A stretch of 63,663 bases of DNA, the filler included, from Deltaproteobacteria bacterium (lineage in GTDB: Bacteria; JAUYMQ01): the NCBI GenBank assembly GCA_030698575.1. It is 9 parts of 9 records of this genome, joined end to end, with 100 filler letters (N's around TTAATTAATTAA, not from the genome) between each part and the next. Parts side by side here need not be neighbours in the genome. Positions count along the whole stretch, not along the records: positions 29,172 to 32,929 come from JAUYMQ010000180.1; positions 33,030 to 39,769 come from JAUYMQ010000196.1; 7 more parts are not named here. One strand, written 5' to 3'. Positions 29,847-37,736 of this stretch are shown here, piece by piece. The notes beneath the pieces are model-generated. The model saw only the letters and a list, made by a program, of their open reading frames with translations, ran no database searches and had not been told where the DNA came from. The first letter of the stretch is position 1. Every line of letters begins with the position of its first letter. A program made the position numbers and the translations under genes.

Positions 29847-30829
29847 TCAGGCAGGATCGAACTGGTTTACGCGAAGCCGTTGTTGGGGGGACACTCGGCT
29901 TACTTCGTGGCGTTTCGCCGCAGTCGGGCGTTTACGCGAGCACGGCGAGATACATAGGACATAGCGCCGCACGAGTGCGCCACCCACGCGCACCTCCACG
30001 GACTTCAACCGCCGGGACATCGTTGTCATGAAACCGGGACGCGCGTCGGCGATGGGGTCGGGGCGGCCGGCCGGGCCTCCCGGATCGCACGCCGCATCAC
30101 CTTCAAGACAAAAGTCCACCGTCCGTGCGGCACCCACGATCGCGCCCGCGTGCTTCGTGTAGACGATCTGCTTCAGGTGTATGCGACGCCCGGATCTGCG
30201 GTGAGATCGTAGGCGTACTCCACGCTGCTCCCGTGGGTGTCCTCCGTTTTTGCCAGAAGCCAACCAAATCCCTTGCCGTTTGTGGGGTGATCAATGCGGT
30301 GGGCGGCGCCGCCGCCGAATGTCTGCACGACGCCGTGCTTTGTCGTCACTATCCAGCCATCGGAAGCCGTGCCCGCAGCCTGGCGCACGATGCGGAGAAA
30401 GGATTCGTTCTCCGTGTGCAGGTTCTCGTCCACGTCCATGACCAGCGTGCTGTTGCCGAAGTCGAAGCGGTCGTGCATGGGGTCGCTCAGGTTGTCGATG
30501 TAGCGGGGGACGCCCTTCTTGAGGCTTCGATGGATGGCGGGTACCCCGAGTGTCCAGCCGAACCCCACCCAGCCGTTTCCCCCGGCGCTGGAGTAGCCGA
30601 GGGAAAGCGCAGGCTGCATCCCCCCGGTCCCGGGGGGAAGGACAATCGGAATCGTGTAGCTCGCCGTGCCCGTGAACAGATCGGTCTTGAACGCCTCATC
30701 GCCGCCACCCGCGGCCCCGGCCGCCGAGAGCGACCTCCCCGAGTCGAGCGGGTCCTGGATGACGTCGGGCATCCCGCCGGTAGCCCACGCGGGCGAGAAC
30801 ATCATCGCTTGAAGACCAAACAGGAACAT
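29847..30829 (-). pseudogene. Frameshifted and truncated SpvB/TcaC N-terminal paralogue
   Basis: TDLFTGTASYTIPIVLPPGTGGMQPALSLGYSS. An AC duplication near 30177 shifts VAY|LKQIVYT into another frame, and similarity ends after VRRYVL (~29955). Confidence 0.78.
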
Positions 30830-31063
30830 CGCGAGGATTGTGCGGGAGAGAAACGAGAGGTGGGGGCGTCCAAGATAGGGCGGACTGTCCGAAAACGCCG
30901 ACAACCCGACCGTCAGGGGATTCCGACACTCCCGGCCCTGAGCGTAGGTCCCGGACTTACAAGATCCACAGGGAATCGCCCTTATTTGATGGTGTGCAGG
31001 GGTCACGCGGCTTGCTCCTTCGGTGAGTCAGGCGCGGGGCACGCGCCCGACTACATCGATAAG

Positions 31064-31080
31064 AGCAAGCTCTGTGCCAA
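31064..31080 (-). promoter_or_regulatory. sigma54 (-24/-12) promoter
   Basis: The minus strand reads TTGGCACAGAGCTTGCT, i.e. GG-N10-GC consensus, pointing into the SpvB genes. Confidence 0.7.
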
Positions 31081-31194
31081 GTCTCGGGAAGGCAGTGATG
31101 GCGGGGAACACGGGGCGAACCGAGGCCCGAACATGCGAAGCAAATCTTCTCATCATTCACACAGGCCAAATCGAGCTGAGCGGCTCCTTCGATC

Positions 31195-31425
31195 TTACTC
31201 GAGGATCTCGAGCACGGAACGCTTGTGCAACTTCGTGGAAGCCGCGCTAAGGATGGTGCGCATGGCGCGCGCGGTCCTGCCCTGCTTGCCGATCACCTTG
31301 CCGATATCGTCCTGCGCCACCCGGAGCTCGATGACGGACGTCTGCTCGCCCGGGATCTCGGTCACCGCGACCTCATCGGGCTTGTCAACGAGCTGTTTCG
31401 CGATGTACTCGATCAGTTCCTTCAT
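31195..31425 (-). CDS. khpA: KH domain RNA-binding protein
   Basis: [26 protein letters not shown] and VLEILE. Confidence 0.92.
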   Translation of the reverse strand: MKELIEYIAKQLVDKPDEVAVTEIPGEQTSVIELRVAQDDIGKVIGKQGRTARAMRTILSAASTKLHKRSVLEILE

Positions 31426-31818
31426 CGGGTGCTCCGCCCTCCCATCAACTGCTCCCGCGCACTCGCGGTAATCTTCGATGGCTCGGCCGACATCGGCTTA
31501 TCTGTAAGCTGGGGTCGGTGGCGTCCTCTCGCTTCGGGCGCGCTTCACGCGCTCAGCACCGGGCGGGCTCAGCGCGTTGCTGCCCCCGCCACTTGGCCCG
31601 CCGATCCAAGGACTCTGGCACTCCGCTGGCCAACTAGTCAAGACCCCTATACCGTAAAGTTAGAGAAAAATTGGAATCAGGGGGCAGTGCTTCCCGGGAG
31701 TTAGTGCCGTAAACTAGCCTACGAAGCGACTGACCGCCCGGACACTTCAGGGTAGGCGGCTCCGCAGCGCATCGACTTCTCTCAGAATGGCTTATCCAAA
31801 AAAACCTGCGCGGGTTTT

Positions 31819-32685
31819 TCATGAAATTGCGATAAGAATCGCCCCGCCTACCATCAGGGCGGCCCCGAAGAACCTATGGCGCAGCCCGCGTTCCTCGAAG
31901 AACACCCGGCCCAGGATGACCGCGAAGAGGATACTCGTTCGCTTCAGGGCAATCATGTAAGCCACTGGCGCCAGGGCGATGGCCTTGAAATGGCAGACTG
32001 CCATCGCCGCGTAGAGCGCGCCTATAACTGCCAGCGGCCCGAGATGGGTCCGCACCGCGCCCCAGATTCCCGGTGAGAATCGGGCGGCGACCGCTCCTAC
32101 CGTCACCAGGAGCAAGGAGGAGTAAGTGGCTCCGAAGAAGACCGGGCTCGAATGCAAAACGGCAATCTTGCCAAGGGTAGAGGTGAACGAGAAAAGGAGC
32201 GCCACACCGATCATCATGCGCGAGCCCGGCTCACGCGCGACGGCGCGGAAGGGGCCGAGCCAGCCCGTCGCGCGCGCCTGGATATTGAGCGCGTATGCGC
32301 CCGCCGTCACGAGGAGGACGCCCATAGCTCCGGCAGCGCCGGGTTTCTCGCCGACCAGAACGTAGCTCACCGGAATGGTGAAGACCGGTGTCAACGCCAG
32401 GAAGGGGATGGTGAGCGCCAGTGGCGAACGGTGGATGGCGTGGATGTAGAGGAAGACCGCCACGATCTCGAGGGGGAGTGCCAGCGCCGTGGCAGCGAAG
32501 TACGGTGCGCCGGGCGTAACGCGGTCGGGCTCGCTGAGCAGGAGAAAGAGGAGGAACGGAGCGCCGAAAAGGTAGGGCGCCCAGGCGACGACCCAGGGGC
32601 TCGCCACACGCACGGTCGCCTTGGCGACAGCGTCCATCGCCGCCGCCAGAATGGCCGCGCCGAGGGCGAGGAGCACCCAGGTCAT
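31819..32685 (-). CDS. EamA/DMT family transporter
   Basis: Ten hydrophobic segments, with SPLALTIPFLALTPVF and VAYMIALKRTSILF. Confidence 0.88.
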   Translation of the reverse strand: MTWVLLALGAAILAAAMDAVAKATVRVASPWVVAWAPYLFGAPFLLFLLLSEPDRVTPGAPYFAATALALPLEIVAVFLYIHAIHRSPLALTIPFLALTPVFTIPVSYVLVGEKPGAAGAMGVLLVTAGAYALNIQARATGWLGPFRAVAREPGSRMMIGVALLFSFTSTLGKIAVLHSSPVFFGATYSSLLLVTVGAVAARFSPGIWGAVRTHLGPLAVIGALYAAMAVCHFKAIALAPVAYMIALKRTSILFAVILGRVFFEERGLRHRFFGAALMVGGAILIAIS

Positions 32686-33029
32686 GAAGCCCTCGCGGAC
32701 GGGAAGGATGTCGCCGTGGGGAGCGCCGGATCGGCAGGCCAGCGCCGGACGCGGCAACGCCCTCCGATGTGAAGACTCACTGCAGCGCGGGCGCCCAGAG
32801 GTATAGGAAGCGCGGGCCGGAGCCGCCGATGAGATCATCTCCTTTAAATGGCCGCGTCAAGCGTGGCCCGAACGCAGTCAAGGGCTCGGATGGAAGGGCG
32901 CTTCGCGGAACGTCTACGAATCCGACCACNNNNNNNNNNNNNNNNNNNNNNNNNNNNNNNNNNNNNNNNNNNNTTAATTAATTAANNNNNNNNNNNNNNN
33001 NNNNNNNNNNNNNNNNNNNNNNNNNNNNN

Positions 33030-33368
33030 GTGCCGGTCCGTGTTTTGCTGACCGAACGGTCATCGCTTTTTCCCGACCTCATGCGCGAGGTACGCGGCTG
33101 GCTCGGCGGGAAGAAGGTTGCCGAGCAACTGGCAACCATCGTCGGCTGCGACGTGCGCTCGGCGGCGCGATACTTGGCGGGCGACCGTATCCCGTCCGGC
33201 GACGTTGTGTTTGCGATGATGCTGGACCCGGTGATCGGGCCGCGCGTCATGGCCTACATTTTTGAACGCGCGAGACGGGAACTTTCCGCGCGCGACTTCG
33301 ACAACTTCAAGAACGAAATGGCGAAGGCGACTTTACGCGCTTTCGTCAGGGACAACAACGATGTTTGA
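33030..33368 (+). CDS. Phage HTH regulatory protein (5'-partial)
   Basis: AEQLATIVGCDVRSAARYLAGDRIPSG helix-turn-helix pattern. Confidence 0.55.
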   Translation: MPVRVLLTERSSLFPDLMREVRGWLGGKKVAEQLATIVGCDVRSAARYLAGDRIPSGDVVFAMMLDPVIGPRVMAYIFERARRELSARDFDNFKNEMAKATLRAFVRDNNDV

Positions 33369-33504
33369 CGATGATCCGATCCCGCGGGTGGTTACGTTTC
33401 TTGGCACTGCGCTTGCCACCGCCGTCATCGCGGCAGTGATCGTCGCGTTGGTTGTCAGCGCTGGCTTTCTCTTCGTCGCGTTCTTGAAAGTGGTTTTGAC
33501 CTAG
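33361..33504 (+). CDS. Small single-TM phage protein
   Basis: The ATG overlaps the previous gene. 47 aa, mostly hydrophobic. Confidence 0.5.
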   Translation: MFDDDPIPRVVTFLGTALATAVIAAVIVALVVSAGFLFVAFLKVVLT

Positions 33505-33549
33505 TACGCGCCGGCCGATCCGCCGGCACACGACAAATGAGGCCACGTC

Positions 33550-33729
33550 GTGCTTTCCAAACTTTCCGTCCGCACATCGGAGCGCGGCCTGCGGCGGCTG
33601 TCGGAATTCCTTCTGGCTCTCGACTGTCTGTTGACCGGGCTTGGCGCGGCCGACCGGCGCTTTCGCCGTGATCGCAAGCGCCGCCAGAACCAGCCCCGCG
33701 CATTCGTCGAAGTCGAGTTTCCGCAATGA
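33550..33729 (+). CDS. Small hypothetical phage protein (59 aa)
   Basis: GAGG RBS, GTG start and an open frame to TGA. Below the ORF-track cutoff. Confidence 0.35.
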   Translation: MLSKLSVRTSERGLRRLSEFLLALDCLLTGLGAADRRFRRDRKRRQNQPRAFVEVEFPQ

Positions 33730-33732
33730 CCA

Positions 33733-33844
33733 TCGCCGCACCCTCCCTCGCGGCGACAACTCCCGGCGGGCAGGCGTATCCCCGCGAGCGTCGGACTAAC
33801 CCCTCGACCTCCAACCATGGGCGTCTGTCTGCCGGGGCTTTTTT
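33733..33844 (+). ncRNA. Candidate small RNA with CU-rich hairpin loops and terminator-like 3' end
   Basis: Hairpin TCGCCGC-ACCCTCCCTC-GCGGCGA, then a 15-bp stem 33762-33776/33822-33836 followed by T6. Confidence 0.45.
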
Positions 33845-33921
33845 GGGGAGGGGGACGTGACGCGCACACACTTGAACGCCATCCATGAACTGCGGCGTCA
33901 ACGGCTGCGGGAGGCGTCGTG

Positions 33922-34440
33922 ATGAGCGGCCCGTGGTCCGAGGATCTGACGGCCGAAGTCGCGCACCTGTGGGCAGACGGACACAGCGCGGGCGAGATCG
34001 AGACCATGCTGCCCGCCGGCCACGGCCGGACACGGAATGCCATCATCGGCAAGATGTCCCGGCTCCAGCGGGCCGGCGGCCATCCCAAGCGGGAACAAGG
34101 ACCGCCGCGCGCGACACGACCGAGGCTCACCAGTGCCGGCCGTAGCGCGGCGAGCCGGGCCGGCAACGGCACGTTCGGCAGGCCGCCGGTACTCAAGGCC
34201 GTTCCCGTGCCGCGTGCCCGCACCGACATTCCCGAACCCGTGTCGCTTGGCCTCACGCTGATGCAGTTGACGAAGTTCACCTGCCATTGGCCGGGCGGCG
34301 GGCCGTCCGAACCGCCGGGCCTGTTCTGCGGCCACGCAACGTTCCGTGGAGGGCCGTACTGCGAAGGGCACACGGCCAGAGCATTTCATCCGCCGAAGCA
34401 ACGTGACCGCGCCGGCTTCTATCAGAGGGCAGGACGGTGA
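33922..34440 (+). CDS. gcrA: GcrA family cell-cycle regulator (phage-encoded)
   Basis: W.E...LWADGHSAGEI...TRNAIIGK and LMQLTKFTCHWP..FCGH..YCEGH. Confidence 0.88.
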   Translation: MSGPWSEDLTAEVAHLWADGHSAGEIETMLPAGHGRTRNAIIGKMSRLQRAGGHPKREQGPPRATRPRLTSAGRSAASRAGNGTFGRPPVLKAVPVPRARTDIPEPVSLGLTLMQLTKFTCHWPGGGPSEPPGLFCGHATFRGGPYCEGHTARAFHPPKQRDRAGFYQRAGR

Positions 34441-34754
34441 GCCGCCTCGACGCCCTCAACGGCCTTGGCCCGCGTTATCCCCACGCACCCGGTCACGTCC
34501 ACGGAAGCCGCACGTCCTACGCCGCAGCTCGCAGCGTCGATCACAGTGTCTCCCGTCTGGAGCAAGTCGTGATCGACATACTCCGGGAGCATGGCCCGCT
34601 CACCGACGAACAGATTCAGGCGAAGCACGACGGCCTCGAAAACCTCCGGCCCCGCCGTATCGGCCTCTGGCACAAGGGGAGGGTGGAGAAAACCGGGGAG
34701 GAACGGCTGACGCAGTTTCGGAGGAAGGCGGATGTATGGAGGCTTGTATCATGA
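34437..34754 (+). CDS. Phage winged-helix-like protein
   Basis: HGPLTDEQI..LRPRR..L..KGRVEKTGEER. 4-nt overlaps on both sides. Confidence 0.65.
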   Translation: MSRLDALNGLGPRYPHAPGHVHGSRTSYAAARSVDHSVSRLEQVVIDILREHGPLTDEQIQAKHDGLENLRPRRIGLWHKGRVEKTGEERLTQFRRKADVWRLVS

Positions 34755-34972
34755 CCCGCCGCCGTCCCGACAACCGCGCCGATGATGCGCTGAACAGCAC
34801 CCGCCTGAGCTGGGCCTGCCTTCGGGAGAAGCACGTTCGCGCTCGTGCCGTTTGGCCCCGCAACGACACTGAGCAACGCTGGGCACGGGAAGGCAGCGTA
34901 CCGGATGGCGAATTGGAGTCGCTGCGCCCCGCCAACGAAAACCACGGGACAGGCGAGGTGCCCTTTGGCTGA
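34751..34972 (+). CDS. Hypothetical phage protein
   Basis: ATGA overlap with the upstream gene; GGAGG RBS. Confidence 0.5.
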   Translation: MTRRRPDNRADDALNSTRLSWACLREKHVRARAVWPRNDTEQRWAREGSVPDGELESLRPANENHGTGEVPFG

Positions 34973-35303
34973 CGTTGTTCGCATGACCCGCGACGCGCCC
35001 GACCAGGATTCGTTCGAGGCGTTCTGGCGCGTCTATCCGCGCAAGGTCGGCAAGCCGCTGGCCCGTGCGAAATGGGACGCGATTACCAACGGCGGGCTGG
35101 CGACGCGCACAATGGACAAGGATTCGGGCACCTACGTTCCGATCACGCTAGTTGCAGAGCCGTCCGAAATTCTGGCCGGTGCCATCCGGTACGAGCAACG
35201 CAACAGGAAAAAGGGCACGGGCGAATTCGGCTACGTCGATGACGGCCGCTATTTACTGCACCCGGCGACGTTTTTGAATCAGGGGCGCTTTTATGACGAG
35301 TAG
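34965..35303 (+). CDS. Phage replication-initiator C-terminal-like domain protein (stand-alone)
   Basis: FEAFWRVYPRKVGK..A.AKW and HPATFLNQGRFYDE. Confidence 0.7.
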   Translation: MADVVRMTRDAPDQDSFEAFWRVYPRKVGKPLARAKWDAITNGGLATRTMDKDSGTYVPITLVAEPSEILAGAIRYEQRNRKKGTGEFGYVDDGRYLLHPATFLNQGRFYDE

Positions 35304-35700
35304 CGCGCCCGCCCTGCGGCCTCCAACGCCCCCGATGGGTACAGAGACGCTGGAAAGAGGAACCCCCGCCAAGCTGGCCGCTGGGCAGGGGTTCGACACT
35401 AGTTCTAGGTGTGGGGCACCCTCGAAGGCCCTAAATCTAGACCAAACGAGTCGTGTATGCAAGCCCGCCGTGGCGAGCGAGAACGCCAGTAAAAATCGCT
35501 CGGGACCGTGGCCCATAGGACGAGCGGCCTGGGTGGGGTCGAAAGGCCCTCACCAAGGATAGGCGGACGGTTCGCCCAACTGACCTTCGGCGACCGGCAG
35601 GAATGAAAGGGACTGAGTACGCGGGCAGGGCGTTCCTGCCTCCCCTTGGTCGGGGGCTGGGGGTTCACCCAGGCGGAAAGGGCGAAGCTATGGGAGAGAG
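35304..35700 (+). ncRNA. Candidate large structured non-coding RNA
   Basis: Many nested stems with GAAA and cUUCGg loops, plus long-range pairs 35512-35518/35688-35694 and 35571-35577/35680-35686. Confidence 0.55.
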
Positions 35701-35703
35701 AGC

Positions 35704-35898
35704 ATGGCAAAGCCGAAAGCAGTGAAACCGAAATTCAGGTACGTTTCGCAAGTCGTCACGGAAACTGCCGAGCCGGTGACGAAGAAAGCCCTGCGGGAAA
35801 CCATCGAAGCGGCGATGATCGGATTTTCGATCCGGTCGCGTGACGACAATCGCTGGGTCGAGCAGAAAACCCGCGTTCGTTCCGTGGACATCGACTGA
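35704..35898 (+). CDS. Hypothetical phage protein
   Basis: GGAG RBS; its stop overlaps the next ATG. Confidence 0.55.
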   Translation: MAKPKAVKPKFRYVSQVVTETAEPVTKKALRETIEAAMIGFSIRSRDDNRWVEQKTRVRSVDID

Positions 35899-36263
35899 TG
35901 GCCGCAGCGATGACAGACCTGACGGAGCGGGTGGAACAGGCGGCCGAAGCCCTACATGCCAGCCGGCAGCAGGCACTTGGGAATAGGGCTGGCGTAGGAA
36001 AATTGAAGGAGTGCTTTCACGCTCTTTCCAAGAGTCAGAAATACCAATGGAGAGTTGCTGCTGAAGCTGCAATCCGCACCGCCTTCCCCGAACTGTTCTC
36101 CGACCCGCCGACGCACGTGCTATGGCCCGTCATGTCGGTAATTACATCTGTCGAGAGTGACCCGAACGATCCAACACAAATCCACATCTTTACCGACTCG
36201 CCCGCCCACCTCTCACAGACGGAGGGGCACCCCGTCCCCGACGAGTCCCATCCCCCTGAATGA
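35898..36263 (+). CDS. Hypothetical phage protein
   Basis: TGATG coupling with the upstream ORF. Confidence 0.5.
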   Translation: MAAAMTDLTERVEQAAEALHASRQQALGNRAGVGKLKECFHALSKSQKYQWRVAAEAAIRTAFPELFSDPPTHVLWPVMSVITSVESDPNDPTQIHIFTDSPAHLSQTEGHPVPDESHPPE

Positions 36264-36276
36264 CCCGGCGCAGGAA

Positions 36277-36486
36277 TTACGGATTAATCGCGATGTGAAA
36301 ATATCTCCGCACGGCAGCGTTGGCGAGCAGGGCCTCGACGAGCACGATGACGGGGCCGGGAATATCCCGGTCGCCAGCCTCCCAGCGCCGGACGGTACGG
36401 CCGTCAGCGACGTTGACGAGGTGGGCGAAGCCGGCGGTGGAGAGGCCCAGACGATGCCGAGCGGCCCTGAGGTCAGTCGGCGTCAT
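36277..36486 (-). CDS. XRE-family HTH protein
   Basis: LRAARHRLGLSTAGFAHLVNVADGRTVRRWEAGDRDIP. Confidence 0.85.
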   Translation of the reverse strand: MTPTDLRAARHRLGLSTAGFAHLVNVADGRTVRRWEAGDRDIPGPVIVLVEALLANAAVRRYFHIAINP

Positions 36487-36679
36487 ACCACCAGCCCATT
36501 CCGAGCTCCTGGGCGATCTCGCGGCCCGGCGCATCGGCGAGGGCGAGATCATGGACGCGGCGCAGTGTGGCCTCATCGGCACCGCGGACGGCGGTGCGGT
36601 AGTCATCCGGGAGGGCGGTGTAGCGGTTGGCCAGCTCGGCGAGGACGGCGGCGGTCAGGGTTGCTGGGTGGTTGGTCAT
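36473..36679 (-). CDS. Small hypothetical protein coupled to the XRE gene
   Basis: GGAG RBS, 68 aa, overlaps the XRE start. Confidence 0.6.
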   Translation of the reverse strand: MTNHPATLTAAVLAELANRYTALPDDYRTAVRGADEATLRRVHDLALADAPGREIAQELGMGWWYDAD

Positions 36680-36725
36680 GTCGGTCTCCATTTCTGGCGG
36701 GCACCATTGCCCTATCGACAATCTC

Positions 36726-36754
36726 AATATAGGGCCAATGGCCCTACAGGTCAA
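36726..36754 (-). promoter_or_regulatory. sigma70 promoter with a perfect palindromic operator in the spacer
   Basis: The minus strand reads TTGACC-17nt-TATATT. Palindrome TAGGGCCA-A-TGGCCCTA at 36730-36746. Confidence 0.75.
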
Positions 36755-36775
36755 ATCACGAAATGTAACGGCTGA

Positions 36776-37345
36776 ATGACCCGAGGCAGGAAGGCCCGCA
36801 AGCCGATGAAGGCAACCGCAAGCATCGAGCACCAGGTGTCCGAGCGGGAGCGCGGTGGACGCGGCACGGCCACTGTGGAGCGCCTCACGCAAGCCGGGGA
36901 GGGCGGGTACGAGGTTGACCCGACAGGCCGCCAGCGCATCGTTGCGGCTCCGCTGGATCGCCTCTGGAAAGTCGGCCACATCACGCAGCGCGAATTCGAC
37001 GCCGGGGACAAGTACCGTGGCCTGCACCACGTCGCTGACCTTGATCCGGCTGCCCCCAGTGTGGACTGGGGCAGGGTCGGCGGCAGCTTTGGCCCGCGTC
37101 CGCCAAGCATGTTCACCGCCCAGCATATTGCAAGTGCCCGTGAACAAGTCCGCTCGATCGACAAGGCCATTCCCGATCGCAGCGTCGTATCGGTTTTGCT
37201 CTATCTCGGCCTCATAAAAGAGCGCGCATTGCATGAAATCGGGGCCAGCATCTTCGGGGCGGACAACGAGCGTGATGCCCGCAATCTCGGCCGCGCTGGG
37301 TTCCGTACGGCATTGGCTTCGCTCGCCGACATCATGAGGGCTTGA
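36776..37345 (+). CDS. Putative late-gene regulator (DUF6456/antiterminator-like)
   Basis: PLDRLWKVGHITQREFDAGDKYR and a C-terminal HTH-like segment. Last gene before the packaging genes. Confidence 0.55.
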   Translation: MTRGRKARKPMKATASIEHQVSERERGGRGTATVERLTQAGEGGYEVDPTGRQRIVAAPLDRLWKVGHITQREFDAGDKYRGLHHVADLDPAAPSVDWGRVGGSFGPRPPSMFTAQHIASAREQVRSIDKAIPDRSVVSVLLYLGLIKERALHEIGASIFGADNERDARNLGRAGFRTALASLADIMRA

Positions 37346-37445
37346 CAATCGGCGCGTCCAAGCCGACATTTCCGCTAGTACGAAGCATCGCGCCCGCCGG
37401 CACCCCCGCGCGGGCGTTTCGATTCCGTAGCTTAGGTCAATTTAA

Positions 37446-37736
37446 ATGGCTGGACGCCCTCCCAAGGAGAAGTCCTTCGCCAATATGCTCAAGATCGCCA
37501 TCAACGAGGCGAACGAGCAAGGCGGGACCAAGCTCCGCGACGTGGCCGACGCGCTGGTGACAAAGGCGCTCACCGGCGATGTGCCGGCCATCAAGGAAGT
37601 TGCCGATCGTCTCGACGGCAAGGTGCCGCAAGGCGTGATCGGTGGCGAGGAAGACGATGCCCCGCTGCGTGTGCAGCTCATAGAACTGGTTGCCGGTGTC
37701 CGCAGTCCAGGTTCACCTCCCGCCGAAACTGGTTGA
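37446..37736 (+). CDS. Terminase small subunit-like protein
   Basis: GRPPK..ALTGDVPAIKEVADRLDGKVPQ. Overlaps TerL. Confidence 0.65.
   Translation: MAGRPPKEKSFANMLKIAINEANEQGGTKLRDVADALVTKALTGDVPAIKEVADRLDGKVPQGVIGGEEDDAPLRVQLIELVAGVRSPGSPPAETG

Noticed and set aside
30125-31471. 448-aa + strand ORF spanning the SpvB pseudogene and khpA
   Set aside because: Antisense to two recognisable minus-strand genes.
31615-31632. TGGCAC..TGGC as a sigma54 site or CIRCE half-site
   Set aside because: The -12 element is not TTGC, and there is no second CIRCE arm.
35385-35400. GGTTCGA suggesting a tRNA T-loop
   Set aside because: No cloverleaf or acceptor stem can be built; the bases belong to another stem.
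35293-35562. 89-aa ORF in the structured phage region
   Set aside because: No clear RBS or motif. It covers only part of the gap, and the base-pairing pattern explains the sequence better. Not formally excluded.
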